A DNA stretch of 64,000 bases from an uncultured Candidatus Binatia bacterium (GCA_965218305.1 OZ244617.1:395776-459775); one strand, 5' to 3'; numbered from the stretch's first letter, positions 55,053 through 63,984 are shown. Translations and numbers: made by a program. The notes: generated from the sequence alone by a model not told the origin.

Positions 55053-56549
55053 TCAGGCCGCCGCAGCCCCGTCCCCTTCGGCCGCGTCTCCGTCGGCGTT
55101 CCGCCCCAGGGTGAGGGAGAAACCCGGCTTGCGGATGTACACCTGGGTGTATTCCTGTTGTTTGGTCAGTTCGTTGATGAGCCGCACCAGCGGCTGGCGC
55201 GCGCTCAGGTACTCCCGCGGCCGCCCGGCCTCCATCATGGTCTTGACCTCGTCCACGCCGGCGTAGACCCGCAGCACCAGCTCCTCATCGGACACCGAGG
55301 GTCCACCGAGCTGCGACCGGAGCTCCGCCAGCGACGGTTCCGGCTGCTCCCACTCGGTCCACGCCTTGGCCCGCGGCCGGCTCAGGATCTTGTCCTTGAC
55401 GTCCGGGTCCATGAGCTCGGCGCCCTCCCGGCCCCAGATGCCCAGGGCGTACTGGATGGACTGGTCCGCCACCTCCTTGTAGCGCTCGCCCAGGATGACG
55501 TTGAACGCGGCCTGGGTGCCCACGAACTGCGACAGCGGCGTCACCATGATGGGGTAGCCCCACTCGGCGCGCACCCGGGCGGCTTCCTCCAGCGCCGCGG
55601 GCAGCTTGTCCTCCATGCCCACGAGTCGGAGCTGGTGCACGAAGTTGGAGATCATGCCCCCGGGTACCTGGTGCAGGTACTGCGAGTGGTTGTACTCAAC
55701 CGGCTTGCCGATGGGGAGCCCGTCCCGCTTGGCGACGAACGTGAAGTGGTCTTCCACCGGCTTGAGCACCTCCTCGTCCACCAGCGCCGTGTGGCCCATG
55801 GCGCGGATGTTCCGCACCATGTTGAAGATGGAAGGCTGGGCCGACGCGTTGGCCAGCGGCGGCACGCTGGTGTGGATGGTGGTCATGCCGAGCTTGATGG
55901 CTTCGAGGTAGTTGAGCGGCGCCAGGCCGTTGTTGCAGTGGGCGTGGAACTCCACCGGCGTGTCGCCGATGTTACCGAGCACGATTGGCACCAGCGTCCG
56001 GGTGCGCTCGGGGGTGAGCAGGCCGCCCACGTCCTTGAAGCAGATGCCGTAGGGCTTGATGGCCGCGGCCTCCCGGGCCTTCTGGGCATAGTACTCGTCG
56101 GTGTGCCTGGGCGACACCGAGTAGATCAGGTTGACGATGCAGTCCATGCCGAGCTTGCGTAGCCCCTCCACCTCCTGGCCGAACACCTCGTAGTCGTTCC
56201 AACTGTTCGATGTGCGCGTCAGCGTGATGCCGCTGTCCACCACCTTCTGGATGATGAGCTTCAGGATGGACGAGGGCTTCTTCTCGAGCCCTCCCTTGAG
56301 GCCGCCGTGAAGCCGCAGCTCCGTCTTGCGCAGCCGCTTGGTGCCCTCCCGCAGCCACTCCCACGGGTTCTCCTTGTGCTCCCGCACGTACTTCTTGAAC
56401 ATGTTGGTGACGAAGAACTCCATGGACTCGAAGCCCGCCTGGTCCATCTGCTCGGCGATCTCCACCATCGCCGCCGTCTTCATGTTGAGCGCCCAAAGGC
56501 TCTGGTTGCCGTCCCGGAGGGTGGTGTCGATGAATCGGATATCGCTCAT
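55053..56549 (-). CDS. Carboxyltransferase-domain protein, paralogue 3 of 3
   Basis: MSDIRFIDTTLRDGNQSLWA... 498 aa. Confidence 0.8.
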   Translation of the reverse strand: MSDIRFIDTTLRDGNQSLWALNMKTAAMVEIAEQMDQAGFESMEFFVTNMFKKYVREHKENPWEWLREGTKRLRKTELRLHGGLKGGLEKKPSSILKLIIQKVVDSGITLTRTSNSWNDYEVFGQEVEGLRKLGMDCIVNLIYSVSPRHTDEYYAQKAREAAAIKPYGICFKDVGGLLTPERTRTLVPIVLGNIGDTPVEFHAHCNNGLAPLNYLEAIKLGMTTIHTSVPPLANASAQPSIFNMVRNIRAMGHTALVDEEVLKPVEDHFTFVAKRDGLPIGKPVEYNHSQYLHQVPGGMISNFVHQLRLVGMEDKLPAALEEAARVRAEWGYPIMVTPLSQFVGTQAAFNVILGERYKEVADQSIQYALGIWGREGAELMDPDVKDKILSRPRAKAWTEWEQPEPSLAELRSQLGGPSVSDEELVLRVYAGVDEVKTMMEAGRPREYLSARQPLVRLINELTKQQEYTQVYIRKPGFSLTLGRNADGDAAEGDGAAAA

Positions 56550-56599
56550 GTAGTCTCCCGAATCGGAATCGTGGAAGCCGGTGTTGACTGCTCATAGTG

Positions 56600-56925
56600 G
56601 CGTGAATGCGGAAACGGGTCAAGGATGCCCCGGAACCACGGGGAACCCTGGAACCGGGGTTGGAATCCGGGGGGCCGGACCCAAGTACTTACCTCGGACC
56701 CCCAGGTAGTCACTCCGGACTCGCTCCAAGTAGTCACTTCGGGTCCGCTCCAAGAGTCACCCCGGACGCTCCAAGAGTCACCCCGGACTTGATCCGGGGT
56801 CCAGGGGTGGCGGCGGGGCCTGTCTGCGGGCCGGACCACCCACCACTCCGCCTGGATCCCGGGTCAAGCCCGGGATGACGGAAGGGGGTGCTTGGGTCCC
56901 GGGTCAAGCCGGGGATGATGTTGGG
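56600..56925 (-). repeat. Large REP-like family 1 cluster: about 6 tandem 20-bp units (GGAC...CTCCAAGAGTCACCCC) = reverse complement of the 16037-16136 array, then three CTTGA/TCAAG-loop hairpins
   Basis: 56668-56803 tandem units ending in GTCACCCCGGACTTGATCCGGGGTCC. Then CCTGGATCCCGGGTCAAGCCCGGGATGACGG (56851-56881) and CTTGGGTCCCGGGTCAAGCCGGGGATGATG (56891-56920). Confidence 0.8.
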
Positions 56926-57053
56926 GACATGCCTGATTCCCGTTTCGTTACATGGTAGATTCTTTTCGATCCGGCAGGCCGTCGGATTCTGGAACTGTTT
57001 GCGGGAGGAACGCAGTGGTTGCACAAAAAGCACCTCCGGTCGAGGAACGCATC

Positions 57054-58325
57054 ATGGGGCTGTTCCGGCGCCTGGGCATCGACAAGGCCCATGCCGCGGC
57101 CTACCTGCCCGGCGACTGGAGCGGGTTGCTGGAACGGTACCCCTCCGCGGTAGCGTCGCTGACCCTTATCTGCCCCCGCGGCATGAAGACCGACGTGCTG
57201 CGTCCTCATGCCGGGCGGCTGCTGATCGTGTCGGGGGACGGCGGTAATGTGGTGGCGGATCTCATGCGAGCGGTGGACAGCCTTCCAGGCGCCACCCTGA
57301 CCATGCTCCGTGATTACTTCAGCCCCATGTGGGCCGACGTCATGGCCGACCGCACCGCGGAGGTGCATTCGGCCATGCTGGAGTTCCTCTCGCTGCGGGA
57401 GAAGGAGAGTCCGTTTCCGCCCGTGCAGCTCCCGGACGGGGAAGGGGAGGAGGCCGGCATCTCATACACGGTGCGGGGCTCGGGTCCGCCGCTGCTGCTC
57501 TTTCCGCTGGGGCTGGCCGCTTCGCAATGGGACCCGTTGCTGCCGGCCCTGGCCGAGCGCTATACTACCATCACCCTGGGCGGCGCCTGGCTGGGCATGG
57601 TGGCGTTCCTGGAGACCCGCGGTCCCGGATACCTTCGGGCGGTGCGCAGCGTGGTGGACGAGGTCGGCCTCGGTCCCGGCCAGACCGTCCTGGAAGTAGG
57701 CTGCGGCGCCGGCACGGTGGCGCGCTGGCTGGCCCGTTACACCGGGAAGCGCAATCCCATCGTCGGTGCGGACATCAACCACTATCTGCTTCGCGAGGCG
57801 GGGAAGCTGGCAACGAGCGAGGGGCTCGGCGACGTCATCGAGTGGCAGAGCGCCAACGGCGAGGAATTGCCGTTTGCCGACGGGCGGTTCGACGCCACGC
57901 TGGCATTCACGGTCATGGAGGAAGGGGACGCCGACGCCATGCTGGCGCAGTTCGCGCGGGTCACCCGGTCCGGCGGCAAGGTCGCGGTGATCGTTCGTTC
58001 CCTGGACATGCCCTGGTGGGTCAATCTGCCGCTACGGCCCGATCTCAAGCACAAGGCCCAGACCGGCTACGGCGACGTGGTGCAGGGCGGGTGTGCCGAC
58101 GCGAGCCTCTACCAACGCATGGAGCGGGCGGGTCTCGAACAGGTGGTCATGTTGCCGCAGTGGGGCACCTATGCCTCGGGAGAACGGCTGCAACAGCAAC
58201 AGGAACGCATGGCCTCGCGGCTGACTCCGGAGGAGGCCGTGGAGTGGCGTGAGGCCATCGCCGCCGCCGGTGACCAGTTCTTCATCTCGCAGCCGTTCCA
58301 TTCGGCCGTGGGCACCAAACCGTGA
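57054..58325 (+). CDS. Fusion protein: N-terminal alpha/beta-hydrolase-like region (apparently circularly permuted) + C-terminal class I SAM-dependent methyltransferase
   Basis: C-terminal VLEVGCGAGTVARWLA...DGRFDATLAFTVMEE is a type-11 methyltransferase. The N-terminal part shows alpha/beta-hydrolase-like blocks in swapped order (LPGDWSG...LLIVSGDGG then ISYTVRGSGPPLLLFPLGLAASQWDPLLPALAERY). ATG at 57054. Confidence 0.55.
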   Translation: MGLFRRLGIDKAHAAAYLPGDWSGLLERYPSAVASLTLICPRGMKTDVLRPHAGRLLIVSGDGGNVVADLMRAVDSLPGATLTMLRDYFSPMWADVMADRTAEVHSAMLEFLSLREKESPFPPVQLPDGEGEEAGISYTVRGSGPPLLLFPLGLAASQWDPLLPALAERYTTITLGGAWLGMVAFLETRGPGYLRAVRSVVDEVGLGPGQTVLEVGCGAGTVARWLARYTGKRNPIVGADINHYLLREAGKLATSEGLGDVIEWQSANGEELPFADGRFDATLAFTVMEEGDADAMLAQFARVTRSGGKVAVIVRSLDMPWWVNLPLRPDLKHKAQTGYGDVVQGGCADASLYQRMERAGLEQVVMLPQWGTYASGERLQQQQERMASRLTPEEAVEWREAIAAAGDQFFISQPFHSAVGTKP

Positions 58326-58388
58326 CGCGCGGTGTCGGTCCCGCAGTGTGGCGCCTTTACGCCAACACGGCGCGCCCATGCCCGAAAC

Positions 58389-58425
58389 GTCATCCCGGAC
58401 CTGTTCCGGGATCCAGAACCCGGAG
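58389..58425. repeat. REP-like family 1 variant hairpin
   Basis: gtcATCCCGGAcctgtTCCGGGATccagaacccggag. Confidence 0.6.
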
Positions 58426-58468
58426 AAACCGCCAAGGGCGGTTCCGGAGTGCACACGAGGAAGCAGTC

Positions 58469-59329
58469 ATGCATGTACGAGAATTGCGGAGTCCGTCGGC
58501 GCTGTTGGTGGCAACCCTCGGTCTGCTGGCGGCTTTGGCCTTGCCGCCGTGGACCGCGGCATCGGCGGCGGAGCCCGGCGTTCATCTGGAGGGTCCACGA
58601 GTGCAGGGCGGCCTCGTGCGCGGACGCGTGCCGCCGGATTCCACCGTCACGTTCCAAGGCGAGCGGGTGCGGGTTTCGAAAGAGGGTTGGTTCCTCTTCG
58701 GCTTCGGGCGTGACGCGCCGCCGAAGGCCGTGCTGGCGGTGGTCTTTCCTGACGGCCGGCGCCAGCGCTACGGGCTCGCGGTGAAGGCCCGCAAGTACCG
58801 CATCCAGCGCATCGACGGGTTGCCTCCCAGCAAGGTGACGCCCAGCAAGAAGGATCTCGCCCGCATCCGCAAGGAGGTCGCCCTGGTGAAGCGGGCGCGC
58901 ACCGTGGACGACGGGCGCACGGATTTTCTCGGAGGCTTCCGTTGGCCGGTGAAGGGCATCATCAGCGGCGTCTACGGCTCCCAGCGCATCCTGAACGGTG
59001 AGCCGCGTCGGCCCCACTACGGCATCGACATCGCCGCGCCCAAGGGTACCAAGGTCGTGGCGCCGGCCGCCGGCGTGGTCACCCTCGTCCATCCGGACAT
59101 GTACTTCTCCGGCGGCACCATGATCGTCGACCACGGCCACGGACTCTCGTCGGCGTTCCTGCACCTGTCGCGAATACTGGTGAAGAAGGGCCAGCGGGTG
59201 AAACAAGGGCAGCCCATCGCCGAGGTGGGCTCCACCGGCCGTTCCACCGGACCCCATCTTGACTGGCGCATCAACCTGTTCGGCCGCCGCCTGGATGCCG
59301 CATTGCTGGTGGGGCCGATGCCGAAGTGA
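58469..59329 (+). CDS. M23-family peptidoglycan metalloendopeptidase (LytM-like)
   Basis: Signal peptide, HYGIDIAAPKGTKVVAPAAG and DHGHG motifs. ATG at 58469. Confidence 0.8.
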   Translation: MHVRELRSPSALLVATLGLLAALALPPWTAASAAEPGVHLEGPRVQGGLVRGRVPPDSTVTFQGERVRVSKEGWFLFGFGRDAPPKAVLAVVFPDGRRQRYGLAVKARKYRIQRIDGLPPSKVTPSKKDLARIRKEVALVKRARTVDDGRTDFLGGFRWPVKGIISGVYGSQRILNGEPRRPHYGIDIAAPKGTKVVAPAAGVVTLVHPDMYFSGGTMIVDHGHGLSSAFLHLSRILVKKGQRVKQGQPIAEVGSTGRSTGPHLDWRINLFGRRLDAALLVGPMPK

Positions 59330-59402
59330 AGCGCGGATGATGAACCGAGGGGGTGAAAGCATAAGCGCTTTCACCCCCTCTCTCCGTACGGGACCTTACG
59401 AT

Positions 59403-60644
59403 TCAGCCTTCGTTGACCGCGGCCTGCCGCTTCTGGCTCGTCTCGGCGGCGGCGTGGGCCTTCTGGAAGTCTTCCTCGTCGAAGTTGTAGAGCCCGGCGC
59501 CGCCCATGAAGATGGACGCGGCGGTTTCCCGTGACACGTTGTTGAGCAGGTTGGTGGAGACGTTGGGGAAGTTCGAGTCGAAGTGCGGATAGTCCGTCGA
59601 GATGCACATCCGGTTCGCGCCGATGAGATCGGCGGTGCCGGCGATCTCGGGCTCGCTGCCTTCCACCGCGGCCCAGCAGTTGCGCTGGAAATACTCCTTG
59701 GGCGTCAGCGACAGATAGGGCGCGTGGGAGTCGCGATAGTTGGCGTAGTCCCACTCGATACGCGTCAAGATGCCCGGGACCCAGGAGTTCTGCGCTTCCA
59801 GGTAGCCCACCCGCAGCTTGGGATGGAACTCGAAGACGCCGCCGATGATCATGGCGATGAGGGCCTGTTGCATCTCGATCCAGTGGCTGGCCACGTGACG
59901 GTAGAAGCGGTTCTCGCCGTACAGCTCGTTCATGTGCGAGTTCCACGCGCCGGTGCCTTCATGGAAGCACCAGGACACGTTCAACTCCTCGTGCAGGCTG
60001 TAGAGCGGATCCCAGTAGTTGGAGTGCCAGAAGTGGCCGTCGACGAGGTTGGGCCGGATGAACGAGGCCACCGCCCCGAGCTCCTCCACCGCCCGTTTCA
60101 GCTCGTGGCACGCCAGGTTCACGTCGTGCAGCGGCAGCATGGCGGCGAACTTCATGCGCTCCGGGCTGTACTGGCAGAAGTCGTGGATCCAGTTGTTGTA
60201 GGCCTGGCTCAAGGCCAGCGAGAGATGCGGGTCCATGTTGTCCCGCGCCAGCAGGCCCAGCCCGCCGGTGGGGAAGAGCACGGCGATGTCGATGCCCTCC
60301 ATCTCCATCCCCATGATCTGGGCTTCCTCGTCGTATCCCCGCTCGATGGCGAAGTCCATGCGGCCCGTGTCCGCGATGCGGGAGGCCGACAGCACTCCGG
60401 TGGCGGCCCCCATGATCGGCCCCGTCGCCTTTGACGAAGCCGCCTTCTTGCGGTGCTGCTGCATCTCGGAATCCGCCCCGGTGGGAAGGCCGTCGATGGT
60501 CCAGGTCCGGCGGCTGATCTTCCCCTTGCCGTCCACCGCCCAGGTGACCCGGTGCCTGAACTCGGGATCGAGGTACTTCTCCAGGAGGTCCCCGGGTTCC
60601 TGTATGTGCATGTCGCTGTCTACGAAACGTAGGCCGTCCTTCAT
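59403..60644 (-). CDS. Amidohydrolase_2 family (LigW/ACMSD-like)
   Basis: MKDGLRFVDSDMHIQEPGD...; RBS GGAGGAATGAA. 413 aa. Confidence 0.8.
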   Translation of the reverse strand: MKDGLRFVDSDMHIQEPGDLLEKYLDPEFRHRVTWAVDGKGKISRRTWTIDGLPTGADSEMQQHRKKAASSKATGPIMGAATGVLSASRIADTGRMDFAIERGYDEEAQIMGMEMEGIDIAVLFPTGGLGLLARDNMDPHLSLALSQAYNNWIHDFCQYSPERMKFAAMLPLHDVNLACHELKRAVEELGAVASFIRPNLVDGHFWHSNYWDPLYSLHEELNVSWCFHEGTGAWNSHMNELYGENRFYRHVASHWIEMQQALIAMIIGGVFEFHPKLRVGYLEAQNSWVPGILTRIEWDYANYRDSHAPYLSLTPKEYFQRNCWAAVEGSEPEIAGTADLIGANRMCISTDYPHFDSNFPNVSTNLLNNVSRETAASIFMGGAGLYNFDEEDFQKAHAAAETSQKRQAAVNEG

Positions 60645-60748
60645 TTCATTCCTCCTTGTCGGAGCAGGTCGGGGCCACGCCGGTCATGTGTTCCAGAATG
60701 TTGGTAGCCCTGCTCAAGGACGACACTACAGCAAATGCCGGCGCACGG

Positions 60749-61492
60749 TCAATCCGAGGCAATCTCTCCGTCGGCGACGCGTATGTGCCTGTAGCAGACG
60801 GCGGCAACGACTGGCCGGAAGAGTCGGAAGAAAGTCGTGATGACCCAGTTTGCGGCCGTCCACGTCAATACGACATGTCTCCACTCGCCGGAACCGACCA
60901 ACCGCGGCAGAAGTAGGCCCGCCGACAGGAGCATCGTTACGGAAAATAAGCCGACTACCGCGACTAAGCCAAGCGTCCGAGCCCAATGACGCGAGGTCAG
61001 TCGCCAGCATCGGCTGACGCTGCTTCGAATGTCCGAGCGTTCAATGGCCGCTACCGGGATCAACACGAGCAGCCTGCTGTCGACGAGGGTATTGTAAATG
61101 ATTCCCAGTATCGACCTGGCAATGAGCCAGACCCCGAGTCTGTGCGCCGTTATCCCGGATGCAAGGATGAGGAGCGTCGCTGCATGGTACGGCAGGCTCA
61201 GTGCTGCGCGCGCGACCGCGACCGCGAAGACTCTCGATACGAACAGGTAGAAGGGGCGATGCCGGATGCCTGGAATCGCCCGCGCGACGCGGACCAACGA
61301 TCCCTTCAATGTGCATCGCCGGCCGCCCAGATCTGCCCATACCGCCATTGCGATTACGGCGTCCACCAGAACCTTCCACAGGGCGGAGAGGACGATGGAA
61401 GCAGACTGTTGGTAGGTCTGGGCGAGTATCCCCGAGGCCTCTTGGGAAATGAAAAGATACCTGGTGATGCCCAACACCAGCCCGACCCCCAC
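60749..61492 (-). CDS. Polytopic membrane protein, paralogue 1 (GTG-initiated remnant; full-length reading frame is interrupted by an in-frame TAG at 61541-61543)
   Basis: 85-90% similar to the next gene. The same frame upstream encodes MNTQTDPSHLDTTRADGSDGRIRVWRIVG-TAG-SFSVLFRHIIPFF, colinear with the N-terminus of paralogue 2 (ATG at 61630). Confidence 0.55.
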   Translation of the reverse strand: MGVGLVLGITRYLFISQEASGILAQTYQQSASIVLSALWKVLVDAVIAMAVWADLGGRRCTLKGSLVRVARAIPGIRHRPFYLFVSRVFAVAVARAALSLPYHAATLLILASGITAHRLGVWLIARSILGIIYNTLVDSRLLVLIPVAAIERSDIRSSVSRCWRLTSRHWARTLGLVAVVGLFSVTMLLSAGLLLPRLVGSGEWRHVVLTWTAANWVITTFFRLFRPVVAAVCYRHIRVADGEIASD

Positions 61493-61642
61493 CGCCAGAA
61501 GGAAAAACGGGATGATGTGTCTGAAGAGTACCGAAAACGACTAGCCTACGATGCGCCATACGCGGATCCTTCCGTCGGACCCATCCGCGCGGGTCGTGTC
61601 GAGGTGCGATGGATCGGTTTGCGTGTTCATACCGTTGCCGCG

Positions 61643-62569
61643 TCACGCCGCCGGCGGGACGCCCGCCTGTTCAGGAGCGATCTCTCCGTTGGCCATGCGT
61701 ATGTGCCGATAGCAGACGGTGGCGACGACCGCCCAGCAGGCTCTGATCAGTCCTTTCACCAAAAGGGTCGCCACAGCCAGCAACACAATGAGGTCGTGCT
61801 CTCGAAGGTAGCCGGCCACGCCTTTGAGCAGCGTGCTTGATGAATAATCCAGCGCCCCGGTGAAGCATCCGACCAACACGAGCACACCGAGCACCCGGGT
61901 CCAATGACGCGAGGTCAATCGCCAGCATCGCCTGAAACTGTCGAGAACTCCCGTGCGTTCAATGGCCGCTGTCGGCAAGAGCACGAGCAGCCTGCTGTCG
62001 ACGAGACCGTTGAATACGATGCCCGCCACCGACAGGGCAAGGAGTGCTCCTTTCGGGTGCAGTTCCAGCTCCGAAGTGACGACCAGGACAGCCGCCGCCT
62101 GTTGCGGAAGGTAGAGAAGGGCGCGCAGGATTGCGACCGCGGACACTCTTGAGACGAACAGGTAGAACGGACGATGCAGGATGCCCGGAATCGCTCTTGC
62201 GACGGTGATCAGGGAGTCTTTCAACGTCAACCGGCGGCCGCTCAGGTCGCGCCAGACCGCCATGGCGATCACGGCTTCCGCCGCCACTCTCGACGCGGCA
62301 TGCAAAGTGATGGAAGCGATCTGTCTGTAATACAAGGTGGCAAAATCGAGGTTCCTCAGGACAAGGTTCCCCAGGACAAGAAAGGGGGCAAGCCCGGTGA
62401 GGAACAACACCATTCCCACCGTCCACCCGACAACGGACACCAGAACGACGAACGGCACCACATGGCGGAAGAGCACCGAGAACGACAGGCGCACGGCGGG
62501 CCAGACCGCGATCTTGTCGTCGTGGAATGACGTGTTGAGTGAGCTTCGCTCCGACGGGTCAGGTTCCAT
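61643..62569 (-). CDS. Polytopic membrane protein, paralogue 2 (possibly related to the GP-PDE membrane domain; uncertain)
   Basis: 308 aa. Multiple TM segments. Conserved blocks AIAMAVWRDLSGRRLTLKDSL, HRPFYLFVSRV, RCWRLTSRHW shared with paralogue 1. ATG at 62569. Confidence 0.6.
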   Translation of the reverse strand: MEPDPSERSSLNTSFHDDKIAVWPAVRLSFSVLFRHVVPFVVLVSVVGWTVGMVLFLTGLAPFLVLGNLVLRNLDFATLYYRQIASITLHAASRVAAEAVIAMAVWRDLSGRRLTLKDSLITVARAIPGILHRPFYLFVSRVSAVAILRALLYLPQQAAAVLVVTSELELHPKGALLALSVAGIVFNGLVDSRLLVLLPTAAIERTGVLDSFRRCWRLTSRHWTRVLGVLVLVGCFTGALDYSSSTLLKGVAGYLREHDLIVLLAVATLLVKGLIRACWAVVATVCYRHIRMANGEIAPEQAGVPPAA

Positions 62570-62704
62570 GGTTTCGTTCTCCGGCTCCTTGCAAACCCTT
62601 AGACTTTCCGGTCGTTCCGTGCAATACGGACCGATCGATTCATCAGTTGAGAGCGGCGGTGTGGGACGGCCCTTCGCCGCCGGCGCCGTTGCGATTTCAC
62701 GAGT

Positions 62705-63649
62705 GTGAGGGACCTCACTATGAAGACAGGGGGTTTGCGAGCCTTTCATATTGACGCCGGTCGTATCCGCCTGTTGCCGGTGTTGGTCTTGGGGCTCGCG
62801 GCTGCGGGCTGTGCCTTGTCCACGGATACGGCTCGCCTCGACGAGGTCGCCAGGGCGGGCATCGCCTATGCCGACAAGGTGCCGCGGTTGCTCGATCGGG
62901 CATTCGAGTTGGCGGCGGCGGTGGATTCGGACTCGTTGGTGAAGGCGCGGCCGGGGCTTTCGGCGGAGCAGCGCCGGAAAGCGCTGCGGGAGTTCGACGC
63001 GGCCATGGCCCAACGCCTGGAGGGATACGTAGCGGCCAAAGGTCACAACGACTTGTTGAGATCCTACTTCCTTGCGTTGCAGGCCCTGGTCGAGCCTGAA
63101 GGGCGGAAGGGCATCGGCAATGCCGCGAAACGGCTCACGGCGGAGTTGGGCAAGCTGTCGCCAAGGGTCAAGAAGGCCCGCATGGGCGACTTGTCGGTGG
63201 GCGGTCTCGTCGAGCCGGCGGCGGAGATTGCGGTGGCGTCATTCCGGTCCGTAACGCTGCGGCGCGAGTTCGAAGCGCGCGGCGCGACCATTGAGCGCGA
63301 ACTGGCCGTTCAGGAAGCCCTGATCACCGCCCTCGCGCAGCAGGTCCGCGCGGACCGAAAGGCTCTGTCGGTGCGTTTTCGGAACGACGAGGTGATGGAA
63401 CCGTACGTGAGCGCGGCCCGATTGCCCAAGACCTGGCCGGCAAAGCGGCTACGGAGCCTTCGGGACAGCGGCGATCTGGAAACGGCGCGGGCGGCGCAAC
63501 AGGCCATCCGTTCATTGCGCAGCGCGTATGTGGAGGCCATAGAGGGGCGTCTGGATGCCGCGCGGGCGGCCGAGCTGGCTACGACGGTCGAGGGTTTCGT
63601 CGAGTTGGTGTCCGGGCTGGGCGCCGACCCGAGGAGGACCGTCCGATGA
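62705..63649 (+). CDS. Hypothetical lipoprotein (lipobox LAAAGC), alpha-helical
   Basis: Signal peptide + Cys. No recognisable domain. Confidence 0.5.
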   Translation: MRDLTMKTGGLRAFHIDAGRIRLLPVLVLGLAAAGCALSTDTARLDEVARAGIAYADKVPRLLDRAFELAAAVDSDSLVKARPGLSAEQRRKALREFDAAMAQRLEGYVAAKGHNDLLRSYFLALQALVEPEGRKGIGNAAKRLTAELGKLSPRVKKARMGDLSVGGLVEPAAEIAVASFRSVTLRREFEARGATIERELAVQEALITALAQQVRADRKALSVRFRNDEVMEPYVSAARLPKTWPAKRLRSLRDSGDLETARAAQQAIRSLRSAYVEAIEGRLDAARAAELATTVEGFVELVSGLGADPRRTVR

Positions 63650-63984
63650 CTCCGGGAGAGATTCGCGGAAAGACGCTGTCGGAGTTGCGGCGGGCGCGAA
63701 AGGCCATGATGTCCGCCGAATGGGTCATGAGGGTCGAGGACCTTCCCGAGGCCGAGCGCACGGCCGCCGCCATGGCGCTGCTGGACGTCTGCCTGGCCAT
63801 CCGCCGGCTTGAGAACGCCGGCGTCGCGGCCATCCGGCGGCAACTCGCCGACAACGAAGAGGAGCTTGAACAGGGTATCGGCGCTCTCGGGCGGGCGGGG
63901 GAGAAGCTCCACCGAATCAAGAACTACCTGAAGGCCGCCACGGCGCTGGTGAACATGGTCGGCAAGGTCGTCAAGCGTCTCTGA
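63646..63984 (+). CDS. Small hypothetical protein translationally coupled to the lipoprotein gene
   Basis: 112 aa. ATGA overlap with the upstream gene. No recognisable family. Confidence 0.45.
   Translation: MTPGEIRGKTLSELRRARKAMMSAEWVMRVEDLPEAERTAAAMALLDVCLAIRRLENAGVAAIRRQLADNEEELEQGIGALGRAGEKLHRIKNYLKAATALVNMVGKVVKRL

Noticed and set aside
51986-56549. Biotin carboxyl carrier domain at the C-termini of the carboxyltransferase proteins
   Set aside because: The C-termini (…IRKPGFSLSLRKTETAQDTL, …GNGANRAADL, …GDGAAAA) lack the (E/A)AMKM biotinylation motif and lipoyl-like fold length. These are carboxyltransferase-only proteins.
60986-62152. Plus-strand ORFs starting MTRGQSPAS... (60986..61840 and 61904..62152) opposite the membrane-protein paralogues
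   Set aside because: They are mirror artefacts of the duplicated DNA (the same antisense frame opens in both copies). Hydrophilic Arg-rich products without motifs.
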